Part shown: positions 9,910 through 20,981 of the stretch, piece by piece | How positions within the stretch are numbered: the stretch's first letter is position 1 | Layout: each line of letters opens with the position of its first letter | NCBI GenBank assembly: GCA_016873895.1 | Contig: VGVV01000001.1 | Location: 80,776-144,775 of the forward strand | Reading direction: 5' to 3' | DNA: 64,000 nt | Source of the DNA: Ignavibacteria bacterium | GTDB lineage: Bacteria; Bacteroidota; Ignavibacteria; Kapaibacteriales; Kapaibacteriaceae | The notes under the pieces: model-generated | Database searches by the model: none | Told to the model about the DNA's origin: nothing | What the model saw: only the letters and a program-made list of their open reading frames with translations | Program-made: the position numbers and the translations under genes

Positions 9910-10562
9910 CGCTTGAAGACGGTTTCGAAATTCTGCTGCTGGATCGCGCATAGTTCTTCTGTGGTAATTCCTCGCACGTTTGCAACGGCAGCATAGACTT
10001 CGTGAATTGGTATCTCATCCACGTCTGTCTCTAGCAACAGACGGTCTGCTGGACACATTTTTAGTGCATCAATCAACGACGCAGATTCCTTTAGAACGGC
10101 AGCACCGAATGATACATACATACCTGCATCTAAGCATTGCTTGGCAAGATCGGCACCCTTCACAAATCCATGGAGCATCCAGGGCTGCGCAGGGTTGATG
10201 AACTTGTGAACACGAAGCAGTTCATCATGCGCCTTCACGCAATGAATGACAAGGGGCTTCGAGACACGCTCGGCAAGGTCTGCCATGTATTCAAACGCGT
10301 CTACTTGATGTTGCCACAATGCATCACATGCACGATCGATTCCAACCTCGCCGATTGCAAGCACCAGTTCTTCCTGTGCAAGATCCTCAGTGATATCTGC
10401 TGCATCTCGCCAATCGCTCGTGACATCCCAAGGATGCAAACCAACAGTGCATATCCCATCGGTTTCAAAGACCTCAGTTGAGGCAGTGATGCGAATACTA
10501 ACCAGAGTAGTTGTCGCTGAGTCGGCGGAACGACGATGCGAGTGGGCGTCGAAGTACGTCAT
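9906..10562 (-). CDS. TatD-family metal-dependent hydrolase (short form)
   Basis: FDAHSH, GEVGIDR, VIHCVKAHDE, LHGF and LLLETD metal-ligand blocks in canonical order. 218 aa. Confidence 0.75.
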   Translation of the reverse strand: MTYFDAHSHRRSADSATTTLVSIRITASTEVFETDGICTVGLHPWDVTSDWRDAADITEDLAQEELVLAIGEVGIDRACDALWQHQVDAFEYMADLAERVSKPLVIHCVKAHDELLRVHKFINPAQPWMLHGFVKGADLAKQCLDAGMYVSFGAAVLKESASLIDALKMCPADRLLLETDVDEIPIHEVYAAVANVRGITTEELCAIQQQNFETVFKR

Positions 10563-10647
10563 CTGAAGATTGTGGATAGGACCTGAACTATGAGTAACTG
10601 TTGGATGTGCAGTGGTCTAAAATTAGAAATGATATGCGAAACTGACC

Positions 10648-11058
10648 TCATACATCAGGAGCTCCAGTATCTGAATCTCCAGATTCGATGTCTAAACGGG
10701 CACGTATTGCCAAAGCTTCATACTTCTGCCTGAACTCATCTAGCTGGGACTCTTCCATTTCTTCCAGATCAAGCAGGGCATTATAAGCCCCTTGCGTGGC
10801 GCGTATCAACTCATCAAGCTTGAGGTGGATTGCTTCGGTGTCGCGGTTTTGGGTGTTTTGGATGAAAAACACCATCAGAAACGTCAGAATTGTTGTTGCG
10901 GTATTGATAACCAGCTGCCATGTGTCGCTGAACTCAAAAATGGGCCCTGTATCTACCCATGCAAGTATGAGCATCACTGCACCAACAAAAACGATGGGCC
11001 TACCTGTAATTCTGGCCGTGCTCTTTGCTATTGCTGAATACCAAGACGAAGCGTTCAT
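10648..11058 (-). CDS. low-affinity iron permease family membrane protein
   Basis: DTWQLVINTATTILTFLMVFFIQNTQNRDTEAIHLKLDELIRA is the family's conserved core. Start moved to ATG 11058 (MNASSWY...) because the track's extension to 11127 is encoded by the groEL terminator hairpin. Confidence 0.7.
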   Translation of the reverse strand: MNASSWYSAIAKSTARITGRPIVFVGAVMLILAWVDTGPIFEFSDTWQLVINTATTILTFLMVFFIQNTQNRDTEAIHLKLDELIRATQGAYNALLDLEEMEESQLDEFRQKYEALAIRARLDIESGDSDTGAPDV

Positions 11059-11095
11059 AGACGAATTTACTACCGGACGGCAACCATACAAGTCC

Positions 11096-11135
11096 AAACA
11101 AAAAGGGGCCGAATGGAACATCTCCATCCGACCCC
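11096..11135 (-). terminator. Rho-independent terminator of groES-groEL
   Basis: On the minus-strand RNA: GGGGUCGGAUGGA-GAUGU-UCCAUUCGGCCCC followed by UUUUUGUUUG, beginning 19 nt after the groEL stop. Two positions pair as G.U only on the minus strand (they are C.A and A.C on the plus strand), so the hairpin is strand-specific. Confidence 0.75.
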
Positions 11136-11154
11136 ATAAACCGACGTGAAGATC

Positions 11155-12801
<1,647 letters not shown>

Positions 12802-12833
12802 TTAATTGACATGGATTGAAACGTTGCCGCGAA

Positions 12834-13121
12834 CTAGCCGACGATACCAAAGATGTCTGCTTCGCGCATGATGAGATAGTCCTCACCGTCGATGCTGATT
12901 TCAGTGCCAGCATACTTTCCGTAGAGTACTTTGTCGCCAATCTTGACCTGCATTGGCGTTACCGTACCATTATCGAGCTGCTTGCCAGAACCGGCAGCAA
13001 CGATCGTTCCTTGCATCGGCTTTTCTTTGGCCGTATCTGGAATAATGATTCCACCCTTCGTTACCTCTTCAGCTTCTGCTGGCTTCACGAGCACACGATC
13101 GTGCAATGGGGTCAAACTCAT
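12834..13121 (-). CDS. groES: co-chaperonin GroES
   Basis: [46 protein letters not shown]... (95 aa). ATG 13121 is preceded by GGAGG. The track's longer 120-aa start is an upstream artefact. Confidence 0.95.
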   Translation of the reverse strand: MSLTPLHDRVLVKPAEAEEVTKGGIIIPDTAKEKPMQGTIVAAGSGKQLDNGTVTPMQVKIGDKVLYGKYAGTEISIDGEDYLIMREADIFGIVG

Positions 13122-13189
13122 AAAATCCTCCAACTTGTAATTGTGAATATGACTATGGTTATCTCTCGTCGACGCGCAGTGACGAATGG

Positions 13190-13216
13190 TTAGCACTCGT
13201 AGTTTATGAGTGCTAA
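13190..13216 (-). promoter_or_regulatory. CIRCE operator (HrcA binding site)
   Basis: Perfect consensus TTAGCACTC-N9-GAGTGCTAA (ttagcactc gtagtttat gagtgctaa), about 70 nt upstream of the groES start. Confidence 0.9.
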
Positions 13217-13233
13217 TACTGTCTGTCGGGATG

Positions 13234-13264
13234 CGAAATTACAGGGTTGCCGTGGCCACTACAA
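13234..13264 (-). promoter_or_regulatory. candidate groES promoter (TTG-N20-TAATTTCG on the minus strand)
   Basis: The reverse complement reads cTTGtagtggccacggcaaccctgTAATTTCG just upstream of CIRCE. It has one mismatch to the Bacteroidota -7 consensus TAnnTTTG. Confidence 0.3.
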
Positions 13265-13336
13265 GTGAAAATGTGGCAATAATCAGTCGGCAACTACGCC
13301 AGTTAGGCGCACTCTACTGCCAGTATGGCAGCATTG

Positions 13337-14116
13337 TTAGAAAATGACGCCAAAAAGGGCATCAATTACAAGAATGCTGGCGGCGGAGATTGTGAAAGCG
13401 CGCACTGTAGACTTACCGACACCTTCTGCGCCTCCATCGGTTTGAAAACCAACATGACATCCAATGATCGCCGTAAAGCCGCCAAACACAAAGGACTTGA
13501 GAACACCCCGAAAGATTTCCTCAATGCTAAAAAACTGCTGGATGGAGAGGAAAAATGTTGGCACGCTGAATCCAAACTTGATGCTTGTTAAAGCGTAGGC
13601 ACCCAATAGGGCCACAGCATTGGAAAAAATAGCCAACACGGGCATCATGGTGATTGCGGCCATCACACGCGGCATGCCAAGGTATCGAGACTTATCGATG
13701 GCCATCATATCGAGAGCATCTATTTGCTCAGAAACCTTCATTGTGCCTATTTGTGCAGCAATAGCACCGCCCACACGCCCGGCGATAACCAGCGCCGTCA
13801 ACACTGGTGTTAACTCTGTAAACACCACAGTAGCAATCGACCCACCGATAAAGGGGCGAGCGATGCTGATCAAGTTGAACTTCGCAAATAGGTTTGTGGC
13901 TTGGAGGGCAGCTATCGCTCCTGTGAAGGAGCCCACAAGCACAACAAGTGGAAGGGAGTCCGAACCCACGATCTTCATCTGTTCGAGTACCAGTCCCCTA
14001 TCGGCAAATACCCTCGGGAAGTAGCGTATGATTGTACCCAATAGCTGTATGATCTGCCCTACTTCAGTAAGCAGTGCAATAACGATTCGGCCGATGCGAG
14101 ATAATAGACCAGTCAT
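13337..14116 (-). CDS. mlaE: MlaE/YrbE-family ABC transporter permease
   Basis: 259 aa, multi-TM. The LVLEQMKIVGSDSLPLVVLVGSFTGAIAALQ block is typical of MlaE permeases. No cognate ATPase is adjacent in this window. Confidence 0.7.
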   Translation of the reverse strand: MTGLLSRIGRIVIALLTEVGQIIQLLGTIIRYFPRVFADRGLVLEQMKIVGSDSLPLVVLVGSFTGAIAALQATNLFAKFNLISIARPFIGGSIATVVFTELTPVLTALVIAGRVGGAIAAQIGTMKVSEQIDALDMMAIDKSRYLGMPRVMAAITMMPVLAIFSNAVALLGAYALTSIKFGFSVPTFFLSIQQFFSIEEIFRGVLKSFVFGGFTAIIGCHVGFQTDGGAEGVGKSTVRAFTISAASILVIDALFGVIF

Positions 14117-14135
14117 AGAACCTGCAATCTACGAC

Positions 14136-14168
14136 GATGCCCATCGCTGCAGTGCAACGATGGGCATC
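14136..14168 (-). other. perfect 11-bp inverted repeat (terminator-like hairpin without U-tract)
   Basis: GATGCCCATCG-N11-CGATGGGCATC between the lipoprotein gene stop (14204) and the mlaE start (14116). No U-run on either strand. Confidence 0.35.
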
Positions 14169-14203
14169 AAATTGTTTACGCTGTGGGTAATGTCGCGCTG
14201 GAA

Positions 14204-14929
14204 TTAACCGCGTCCGCGACCACCAGTTGGACCTGATCCAGTACCCGTGTCGTCCTTATCTCCATCGCGTGGACCCTTGCCACCATCATCCGTCTTGCGG
14301 TCGCCACGTGCTGCGCGCTCTGCGAGAAAACGCTCGAGGATGACAACTTGATCTGGAGTTAGAATACGGCGAAGACCATTAAGAAACGCTTCATCACATG
14401 CCTTCATGGCTTCGCGAGCGGCTGCGCGCTCAGGCAAGTTCTTGAGTGCTTCGCGTGTTGCCTTGTTGATTTCGCGTATAGCCGCACGAGCTTCTTCCTT
14501 CGTTTTCGTACCAGCAGCAACTTCTGCCTTCACAGCTTCTACACGGGCCTTAGCTGCATCAAGTACTGCGCGCTCTGCTGCACGGAGTGCTTCGAGGGCT
14601 GCCGTTGCACAAGCCTTATGAGCTTCTTGCAGTTCTGCCACACGTCCCTGCTGCCGTTCATTGAGCTTCAACGCTGCGAGCAGTCGGTCGAACGGGCTGC
14701 GAACGCGCTTGTCTTTGTCTTGACGCGACTCAACTGCCATCGGCTTTTCTAGCGTGGCGTCTGTAAACTCAACTGGAGCCCCGTTCAACTCAAATGTTGT
14801 TGGAAGTTCCATCGTGATTGCCATCGGGTCTGATGGCCCTGTGCCAAACTCAGAACATGCTGTAAGTCCGAGTGCGGCTGCCGAGAACGCTGCAAGGGCA
14901 AATGCCTTGAACATATTGTTCCTCTTCAT
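14204..14929 (-). CDS. hypothetical lipoprotein, helical, Spy/CpxP-like LTxxQ-type motifs, Gly/Asp/Arg-rich tail
   Basis: Start re-called to MKRNNMFKAFALAAFSAAALGLTAC (lipobox). Ala/Glu/Arg-rich helical body contains LNERQQ and LTPDQ motifs. The C-terminal tail is GDRKTDDGGKGPRDGDKDDTGTGSGPTGGRGRG. Confidence 0.45.
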   Translation of the reverse strand: MKRNNMFKAFALAAFSAAALGLTACSEFGTGPSDPMAITMELPTTFELNGAPVEFTDATLEKPMAVESRQDKDKRVRSPFDRLLAALKLNERQQGRVAELQEAHKACATAALEALRAAERAVLDAAKARVEAVKAEVAAGTKTKEEARAAIREINKATREALKNLPERAAAREAMKACDEAFLNGLRRILTPDQVVILERFLAERAARGDRKTDDGGKGPRDGDKDDTGTGSGPTGGRGRG

Positions 14930-15198
14930 AACTGTACCTTTCAAAAAAGGTTGGTGATTAATTGCCGTGTTGTGTGTGGTTGGTTTCCGACACCATACGT
15001 GGTGTTTTCGTTTAACCATGTAGGTGGCTAGGATTCCGGTTCTATGAGCAAGAAACCCGTCACCCGAAGAAGGTTACAGGCTCCGCTGCATAAATCGCTT
15101 TTTTTTCGTTCAAGACGCCAAATTCAGTAACATGCAGGGCGTACAATCGTCGTAATCAACGTCAGTTTCCCCAGTTTATACCCTCGTGGACCGTTCAC

Positions 15199-18100
15199 AT
15201 GCGAATTTCAGCCATTCTTCTCGTTGCCATTTTACTTTCAGGTGCCGGGCATGCCGCGCTCTTGCCGGGTCAGGACGCATACCTCGTGCGACGAGAGGCT
15301 CTTACCCTGCCATCCGGTGTAACCCGCCCAGCCTCGATCATCAAGATTGAGCGCCCAGCACTTGGTACGTACGTACAAGGCGTGGTGATCGTGAAGACGA
15401 AGGCCTCACGTGGCACCATGAGGGGCCAGAAGAGTCTTGGTGAGAGCCCCCTGAACAGAGACCTGGCCGCTCTGAATGTAGGCGAAGTATACTCTGAGTA
15501 TACATCTCTTCAGGACCAAGACCTGAGCATGTTGCTCGGACTTGATAGAGTCTATCGAATCACTTATACCGAGCCTCTCGATGCATTCGATGCATGTGCT
15601 AAGCTTATGGATAATCCCGATGTTGAGTATGCTGTTCCAATGCGTATTCACCAGCCATTCCATACCCCAAACGACACACGTTACTCGCAACAGCCTTGGT
15701 TAGTCCAGATGGGGCTTGATAAGGCATGGGACATCAACAAAGGCTCGTCCACTGTACTGATAGCAATCATTGATTCGGGCACAGATTGGCAACACGAAGA
15801 CCTAACGGCCAACATCTGGACAAATTCAAAGGAGATTCCATCGAACAACAAAGACGATGACAACAACGGCTTTGTTGACGACGTGCGCGGCTGGGACTTT
15901 GTTGGCAACATATCCACCACAGAGGCCCAATCAGGTATAACGAAAGCCGACAATGACGCTCGCATCGTTAGCGGTGTTTCTGTGAACGATAACAATGGGC
16001 ACGGCACTGTTGTTGGTGGCTGCTCAGGAGCAACAACAAACAATGCCAAGGGCGTTGCCAGCAGTGGATACAATTGCAGAATCATTCCAATCAAGATCGG
16101 ATCAGATAATCCGTCTGTGCGCGGCTTGCAGCGTAGTTACGAGGCGATTGCCTATGCCGCTGATCTCGGTGCGCACATCATCAACTGCTCATGGGGCGGA
16201 GCTGGTATTGATCCTGGAGCACAAGACATCATCAACTATGCCACCGGCAAAGGATCGCTCGTTGTAGCAGCATCTGGCAACGATGGTCTAAATAATGATT
16301 CGTATCTGCAATCACCATCGAGTCTTCAAGGAGTTCTCAGCGTTGGGTCGCACAACAGTGGAAACCGTGTCTCGGATTTTTCAAACTATGGGATGAACGT
16401 AGCTGTGTATGCTCCAGGTGAGAACATTCTCAGTACGTATCATGGCAATCAATACAGGGCTCTTTCAGGAACATCGTTCGCTAGCCCCCTAACAGCTGGT
16501 GTTGCTGGTCTTATCAAGTCCCTACACCCCACGTGGACCCCTGAGATGATTTACGCGCAGATTCGCGGTACAGTTGATATGATGGTTGGAGTATCTGCGA
16601 CTAATCGTCCACTGTATTGGGGCCGAGTAAATGCAGACAGAGCCCTCAAGACAAACATGTCGTTTACATCTGGAGATCGCATCCCTGGTATCATGCTGAA
16701 ATCCGCCCTGATTGGAGGCTCTGCAACAGGTAGGATTACCAGCTACGACCGCACCACCATCAAGATCGTGCTCAAGAACGTCCTGGCTGATGCATCGAAT
16801 GTAATGGTTACACCAACATTGCTCGACGGCCAAGTAAAGCAGTTTACTACAGGATCTATTTCCTTTGGCAATATTGTTCGTAATGCTGAAGGCTCTGCTT
16901 CTATTGACATTCAGCTAGACGAGCGCTTCCCCTGGTACTCCCATTCTGTTCGGATCTCTCTGGCCATTAGCAGCGGCACGTATACCAATCATGAAGTGGT
17001 AGAGATTCCTGTTGACCTTCCAACAACAAATACATTTTCGATGATTGCATCAGTTCCTGGTGCTACCTGGAATGAAATCGACTATACTGGTGATGGTGCA
17101 CTCTATGCAGCGGGAACATATTTCGGACAGCGTGCAATGCTTCGCGCAGTTGGTGGCAGTGGCGGACTTGTTAGCCCGCCATTTAATGTTACCGCTCTTG
17201 ATGCTGTGAATGCAAACTTGGTTGTTATCGGCGGACTCAACAGTAGCAAGGCATCCGTCTCACGCTCGAGTAATGGTGGCGGTTCTTGGTCAACGACGGA
17301 CATAAGCGCATATGCAACAGCGGTAGTGGGTATTTGCATGTTTGATGCAACAACCGGAATTGTGCTTGGTAATCCTGTAACGGGCAAGTTTGGTATCGGA
17401 CGAACAACAAATGGCGGAGGCGCTTGGAGTCAGGCCACAGGATCGCCAATTTCCAACACCAACGAAACCATCGTACCCGGCAGTGTTGCATCATGGGGCG
17501 ATGCCGTATGGTTTGGCACCTCTACAGGGCGAGTCATCTCTTCGTTGAATAAGGGGCAAACATGGGCCCAAGGTTCACTTGGTATTTCTGGAGCGAAAAT
17601 TCTATCGATAGCATTTCGAGACAGCACCAATGGTGTTGTGCTGTATCGAACCAGTAGCGCAAACGACGCGCCATATCGCACAGCATATTCTGCTAACGGT
17701 GGCGCAAACTGGAAGGCCACAGCTATTGACATTAATACATGGGGTGTAACGCCTGTAATGGTTGCATCAAATCCGGGCCATCACGTGTTGATTTGCTCAA
17801 AGGGTGAAACATTCGCATCTGATAATAGTGGTCAAGACTGGACACCAGTTCTGTCAAAACCAGTGTCGGGTGTTGTCTCGGCAGCTACAAATGTTGTAAG
17901 CCGTCCGTCTGTGGTCTACTGTGGAACCGAAGTAGGTTTGTTGCAGTATCGATATGCAGGGGTGAATGGACCAAAGTTACCTGTGTTTACGACAACCGAA
18001 GTTGCGTTTGGTAATCTAGAGCCCGGCCAGAATCGCACGCGCACAGCTACTGTGCGAAACAACGGCTCATCTGATGTGGCCATCAGTGCATTCGACATCA

Positions 18101-18558
18101 TACCACAAGGATCAACACCGGCCACGGCCTTCACCATTACATCAACACCCAAGAATACGGTTCTTGCTGGAAGCACAGTTACTATTCCTTTGCGTTGTGC
18201 TGCATCCGATACAGGAACCTACAGCGCAAAACTTCGTGTAACCTCTAATGGCACTCCAGGTGTTATTGAATTGCCTCTCACTGCGAATGTGCGCATAGCA
18301 ACCTCGGTACATGAAGACAACATTGCTCTCGGTGCTCTCCGGGCGTGGCCTAACCCCGCTTCTTCTCATATCGTGGTTAGTCTTGGTGCAGCAGCCAACA
18401 TCTTGCTTGTATCTACTGATGGCAGTATCATTACAACTTGGGCAGTAGACGCGGGAACAACGTCATTGCCGCTTGATGGGCTTGCTATTGGGAACTATCA
18501 GCTCGTTGTGCAGCGTGGCTTGGCAGCACGTACGTTATCACTGCAGATTTCTCGGTAG
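15199..18558 (+). CDS. secreted subtilisin-like (S8) serine protease with BNR/Asp-box beta-propeller region and T9SS C-terminal sorting domain
   Basis: Signal peptide. Catalytic triad blocks IAIIDSGTD, HGTVVGG and SGTSFASPLTAGVAGL. Repeated S/T-x-(D/N)-G-G-x-(S/T)-W Asp-boxes (SNGGGSWS, TNGGGAWS, NKGQTWA, ANGGANWK, NSGQDWT). C-terminal WPNPASSHIVVSL...GNYQLVV...LQISR is T9SS-CTD-like. Confidence 0.85.
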   Translation: MRISAILLVAILLSGAGHAALLPGQDAYLVRREALTLPSGVTRPASIIKIERPALGTYVQGVVIVKTKASRGTMRGQKSLGESPLNRDLAALNVGEVYSEYTSLQDQDLSMLLGLDRVYRITYTEPLDAFDACAKLMDNPDVEYAVPMRIHQPFHTPNDTRYSQQPWLVQMGLDKAWDINKGSSTVLIAIIDSGTDWQHEDLTANIWTNSKEIPSNNKDDDNNGFVDDVRGWDFVGNISTTEAQSGITKADNDARIVSGVSVNDNNGHGTVVGGCSGATTNNAKGVASSGYNCRIIPIKIGSDNPSVRGLQRSYEAIAYAADLGAHIINCSWGGAGIDPGAQDIINYATGKGSLVVAASGNDGLNNDSYLQSPSSLQGVLSVGSHNSGNRVSDFSNYGMNVAVYAPGENILSTYHGNQYRALSGTSFASPLTAGVAGLIKSLHPTWTPEMIYAQIRGTVDMMVGVSATNRPLYWGRVNADRALKTNMSFTSGDRIPGIMLKSALIGGSATGRITSYDRTTIKIVLKNVLADASNVMVTPTLLDGQVKQFTTGSISFGNIVRNAEGSASIDIQLDERFPWYSHSVRISLAISSGTYTNHEVVEIPVDLPTTNTFSMIASVPGATWNEIDYTGDGALYAAGTYFGQRAMLRAVGGSGGLVSPPFNVTALDAVNANLVVIGGLNSSKASVSRSSNGGGSWSTTDISAYATAVVGICMFDATTGIVLGNPVTGKFGIGRTTNGGGAWSQATGSPISNTNETIVPGSVASWGDAVWFGTSTGRVISSLNKGQTWAQGSLGISGAKILSIAFRDSTNGVVLYRTSSANDAPYRTAYSANGGANWKATAIDINTWGVTPVMVASNPGHHVLICSKGETFASDNSGQDWTPVLSKPVSGVVSAATNVVSRPSVVYCGTEVGLLQYRYAGVNGPKLPVFTTTEVAFGNLEPGQNRTRTATVRNNGSSDVAISAFDIIPQGSTPATAFTITSTPKNTVLAGSTVTIPLRCAASDTGTYSAKLRVTSNGTPGVIELPLTANVRIATSVHEDNIALGALRAWPNPASSHIVVSLGAAANILLVSTDGSIITTWAVDAGTTSLPLDGLAIGNYQLVVQRGLAARTLSLQISR

Positions 18559-18589
18559 TAAAACGCGCTTGCGATAACTGGCAAGCCCC

Positions 18590-19249
18590 CTACATAAACG
18601 AGCTTTTACGAGCGTCGTCGTTTGAGTTATAAGCACTAGCAAAATTCAACCGGCGGCGCTTGTTGCGTATCCAGACGTACACGATGTAGCCGATTGCAGC
18701 AATAACGAATAGCGACAGAATCAGCGTACCCCATTGGAATGTACCAGGATAGACGCCAGTGGAGCCATCAGAGTTTACCACAGCGTACGGACGCGAATAA
18801 TAGAATGCAGGATGGAATGGCATAGACCAGTACCAGGGTACCGCACCAAGCATATACCCCATCATAAATCCATCCCCCATACCACCATACTGGTTAATCA
18901 CGTAGTTACTTCTCGTTCCATTTGCTCCAGTGAACGTTCTTGTTTCGGTTCTCCGCGGAACACCATACCTACTGGTATAATCAGTTGACCTGCTCAGTCG
19001 TGAACCACCAAATGAGTTCTTCGAACTAGACGAACGAAAACCTGCACCTGGCTGAGAAGGGGCTTTGCTGCCCGGTTGCGTGCGCGTACCACCAAACGAA
19101 CGCGGAGCACCTCTGGTGCTGCGCCCGAAGCTGCGTCCTCCCCTACTTCCACCAAATGAACCACCACGGCGTTGAGCCAAAACATCGGTTGGAACAACCC
19201 ATGCAGCCAACACAATGAGCAACGATATGAGTGCAAGAATACGTTTCAT
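18590..19249 (-). CDS. hypothetical secreted/membrane-anchored protein with RGG/SFGG low-complexity region
   Basis: Signal peptide MKRILALISLLIVLAAWV, then RRGGSFGGSRGGRSFGRSTRGAPRSFGGTR..., an aromatic/Gly-rich middle, one C-terminal TM (LILSLFVIAAIGYIVYVWI) and a basic stop-transfer RNKRRR. Confidence 0.5.
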   Translation of the reverse strand: MKRILALISLLIVLAAWVVPTDVLAQRRGGSFGGSRGGRSFGRSTRGAPRSFGGTRTQPGSKAPSQPGAGFRSSSSKNSFGGSRLSRSTDYTSRYGVPRRTETRTFTGANGTRSNYVINQYGGMGDGFMMGYMLGAVPWYWSMPFHPAFYYSRPYAVVNSDGSTGVYPGTFQWGTLILSLFVIAAIGYIVYVWIRNKRRRLNFASAYNSNDDARKSSFM

Positions 19250-19252
19250 AAC

Positions 19253-19735
19253 CTAAAACACACTTTCTACTGTTAGTTCGCCATTGTCTTCGCGGTATGT
19301 TATCTCAGCAACAAACTCCGCACGCTCTGGAATACTTTTCATGCCACCGAACCAACTACGGAGTCCGCCAGACTCCTGCACAGACGGAGCTTTTATGTGC
19401 ACGTACAGGCGAACAATACCAAACTGCTCTTCGTTGTTACGCAGCACTATTGTGGATTCCAAGGTTCCATCGCTCGAGACCGTGAGAAGGTTCATCGACT
19501 GCGCTTCCTCCTCGGAAAAACCAGGTGGTTCGGTTCTGATATTATCGAGGTAATCAGTAAAGACATTCTTCGTGTACGATTGCCCGTCTGCACCGGTATA
19601 CATCAGGAGTACGTCAAACTCCCCGTCTTCGGTCACATTAACAAAGACTTCGCGCATGCCGTCCAGCTGCTGACCATTGAAATACAGCGCCGTACGCTCT
19701 ATCCTACCGTTACCTTCAATACTGAACTCTGCCAT
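19253..19735 (-). CDS. hypothetical protein (no signal peptide)
   Basis: 160 aa, acidic, beta-rich by eye, no recognisable motif. Its stop is 3 nt before the start of the downstream RGG-rich gene. Confidence 0.45.
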   Translation of the reverse strand: MAEFSIEGNGRIERTALYFNGQQLDGMREVFVNVTEDGEFDVLLMYTGADGQSYTKNVFTDYLDNIRTEPPGFSEEEAQSMNLLTVSSDGTLESTIVLRNNEEQFGIVRLYVHIKAPSVQESGGLRSWFGGMKSIPERAEFVAEITYREDNGELTVESVF

Positions 19736-19816
19736 AACGCAAGTATACGACGAACATCAGGCCGATTCATTGCAGCCGCCATGCCCAGTGGCTATCTTCG
19801 AGCACTAGTTTAGAAA

Positions 19817-20977
19817 GTGCATCCCATGTCATCTGAAGACGTAGGCATATTATTCGATCCCGCTAACCCCTACGAGCGGCCAAGCTTTACACTCGGCATC
19901 GAAGAAGAGTACATGGTGCTCGATCCCGAAACCTACGACCTAAAATCACATGTTGAATTAGGCTTGTTGAGCAAGGGGCAGGAAGTACTGCATGAGCATA
20001 TTAAGCCGGAGATGCACGGTTCGATGCTTGAGATTGGCACAGGAATCTGCAACAATGTAAGCGAAGCCTACGCCGAGGTTAAGAAGATCCGGGGTATCGT
20101 TTCGGATCTTGCTGGTCAGAATGGGCTGATCATCGGCGCTGCATCGACGCATCCATTTGCAAGGTGGGAAGACCAAGAGATCTATCCTGATGAGCGGTAT
20201 AAGATCTTGGTCGAAGACATGCAAGTTCTTGCTCGTTCACTACTGATCTTCGGTATGCACGTTCATATCGGCATTGAAAATCGCGAGGTGCAGATTCAGC
20301 TCATGAACGAGATGCGATACTTCATGCCGCATATCCTGGCAATAAGTACGAACTCTCCCTTCTGGGAAGGAATAGACACCGGACTAAAATCATATCGCTC
20401 AAAAATCTTTGAACGCTTTCCTCGCACGGCCCTACCGGATTTATTCTCCAGCTATAGCGAATACCAGAACTACGTGAACTTGCTGGTGAAAACAGGTTCT
20501 ATTGATAACGCGAAGAAGATTTGGTGGGATATCCGTCCGCATCCATTCTTCCCAACACTTGAGGTGCGCATTTGCGACCTACCAATGCGAATCGAAGAGA
20601 CTGTTGCCATTGCTGCGATATGCCAGGCAGTTGCAGCGAAGCTCTATTCCCTGTACGAAAAGAATCTCTCATTTAGAGAATATCGCCGATCCCTTCTGAT
20701 GGAAAACAAGTGGCGTGCTGTTCGCTATGGTCTGGATGGCAAACTCATCGACTGGGGACGTCAGCGCGAGATGCCGGCTCGCGAACTCATCAAAGAACTA
20801 TTGTTGTTTGTGGACGACGTGGTCGATGATTTAGGCTCTCGTAAGCAGGTTGAATACATCTATGAAATCATGGAAATGGGCTCTGGTGCTGATAGGCAGT
20901 TGCGCGTTTTCCGTGAAACCGGAAGCCTTAGAGAAGTGGCAAAATATATTCATGAAGAATCAACACGTGGACTCTAA
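19817..20977 (+). CDS. carboxylate-amine ligase, YbdK / glutamate-cysteine ligase family 2
   Basis: FTLGIEEEYMVLDPETYDL N-terminal block and overall length are typical of YbdK. The track start is GTG 19817; ATG 19826 (MSSED...) is an alternative. Confidence 0.75.
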   Translation: MHPMSSEDVGILFDPANPYERPSFTLGIEEEYMVLDPETYDLKSHVELGLLSKGQEVLHEHIKPEMHGSMLEIGTGICNNVSEAYAEVKKIRGIVSDLAGQNGLIIGAASTHPFARWEDQEIYPDERYKILVEDMQVLARSLLIFGMHVHIGIENREVQIQLMNEMRYFMPHILAISTNSPFWEGIDTGLKSYRSKIFERFPRTALPDLFSSYSEYQNYVNLLVKTGSIDNAKKIWWDIRPHPFFPTLEVRICDLPMRIEETVAIAAICQAVAAKLYSLYEKNLSFREYRRSLLMENKWRAVRYGLDGKLIDWGRQREMPARELIKELLLFVDDVVDDLGSRKQVEYIYEIMEMGSGADRQLRVFRETGSLREVAKYIHEESTRGL

Positions 20978-20981
20978 ACAC

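Noticed and set aside
18567-18586. GCTTGC-N8-GCAAGC hairpin between the convergent protease and RGG-protein genes, considered as a bidirectional terminator.
   Set aside because: The stem is only 6 bp and there is no flanking U/A tract. That is too weak to call.
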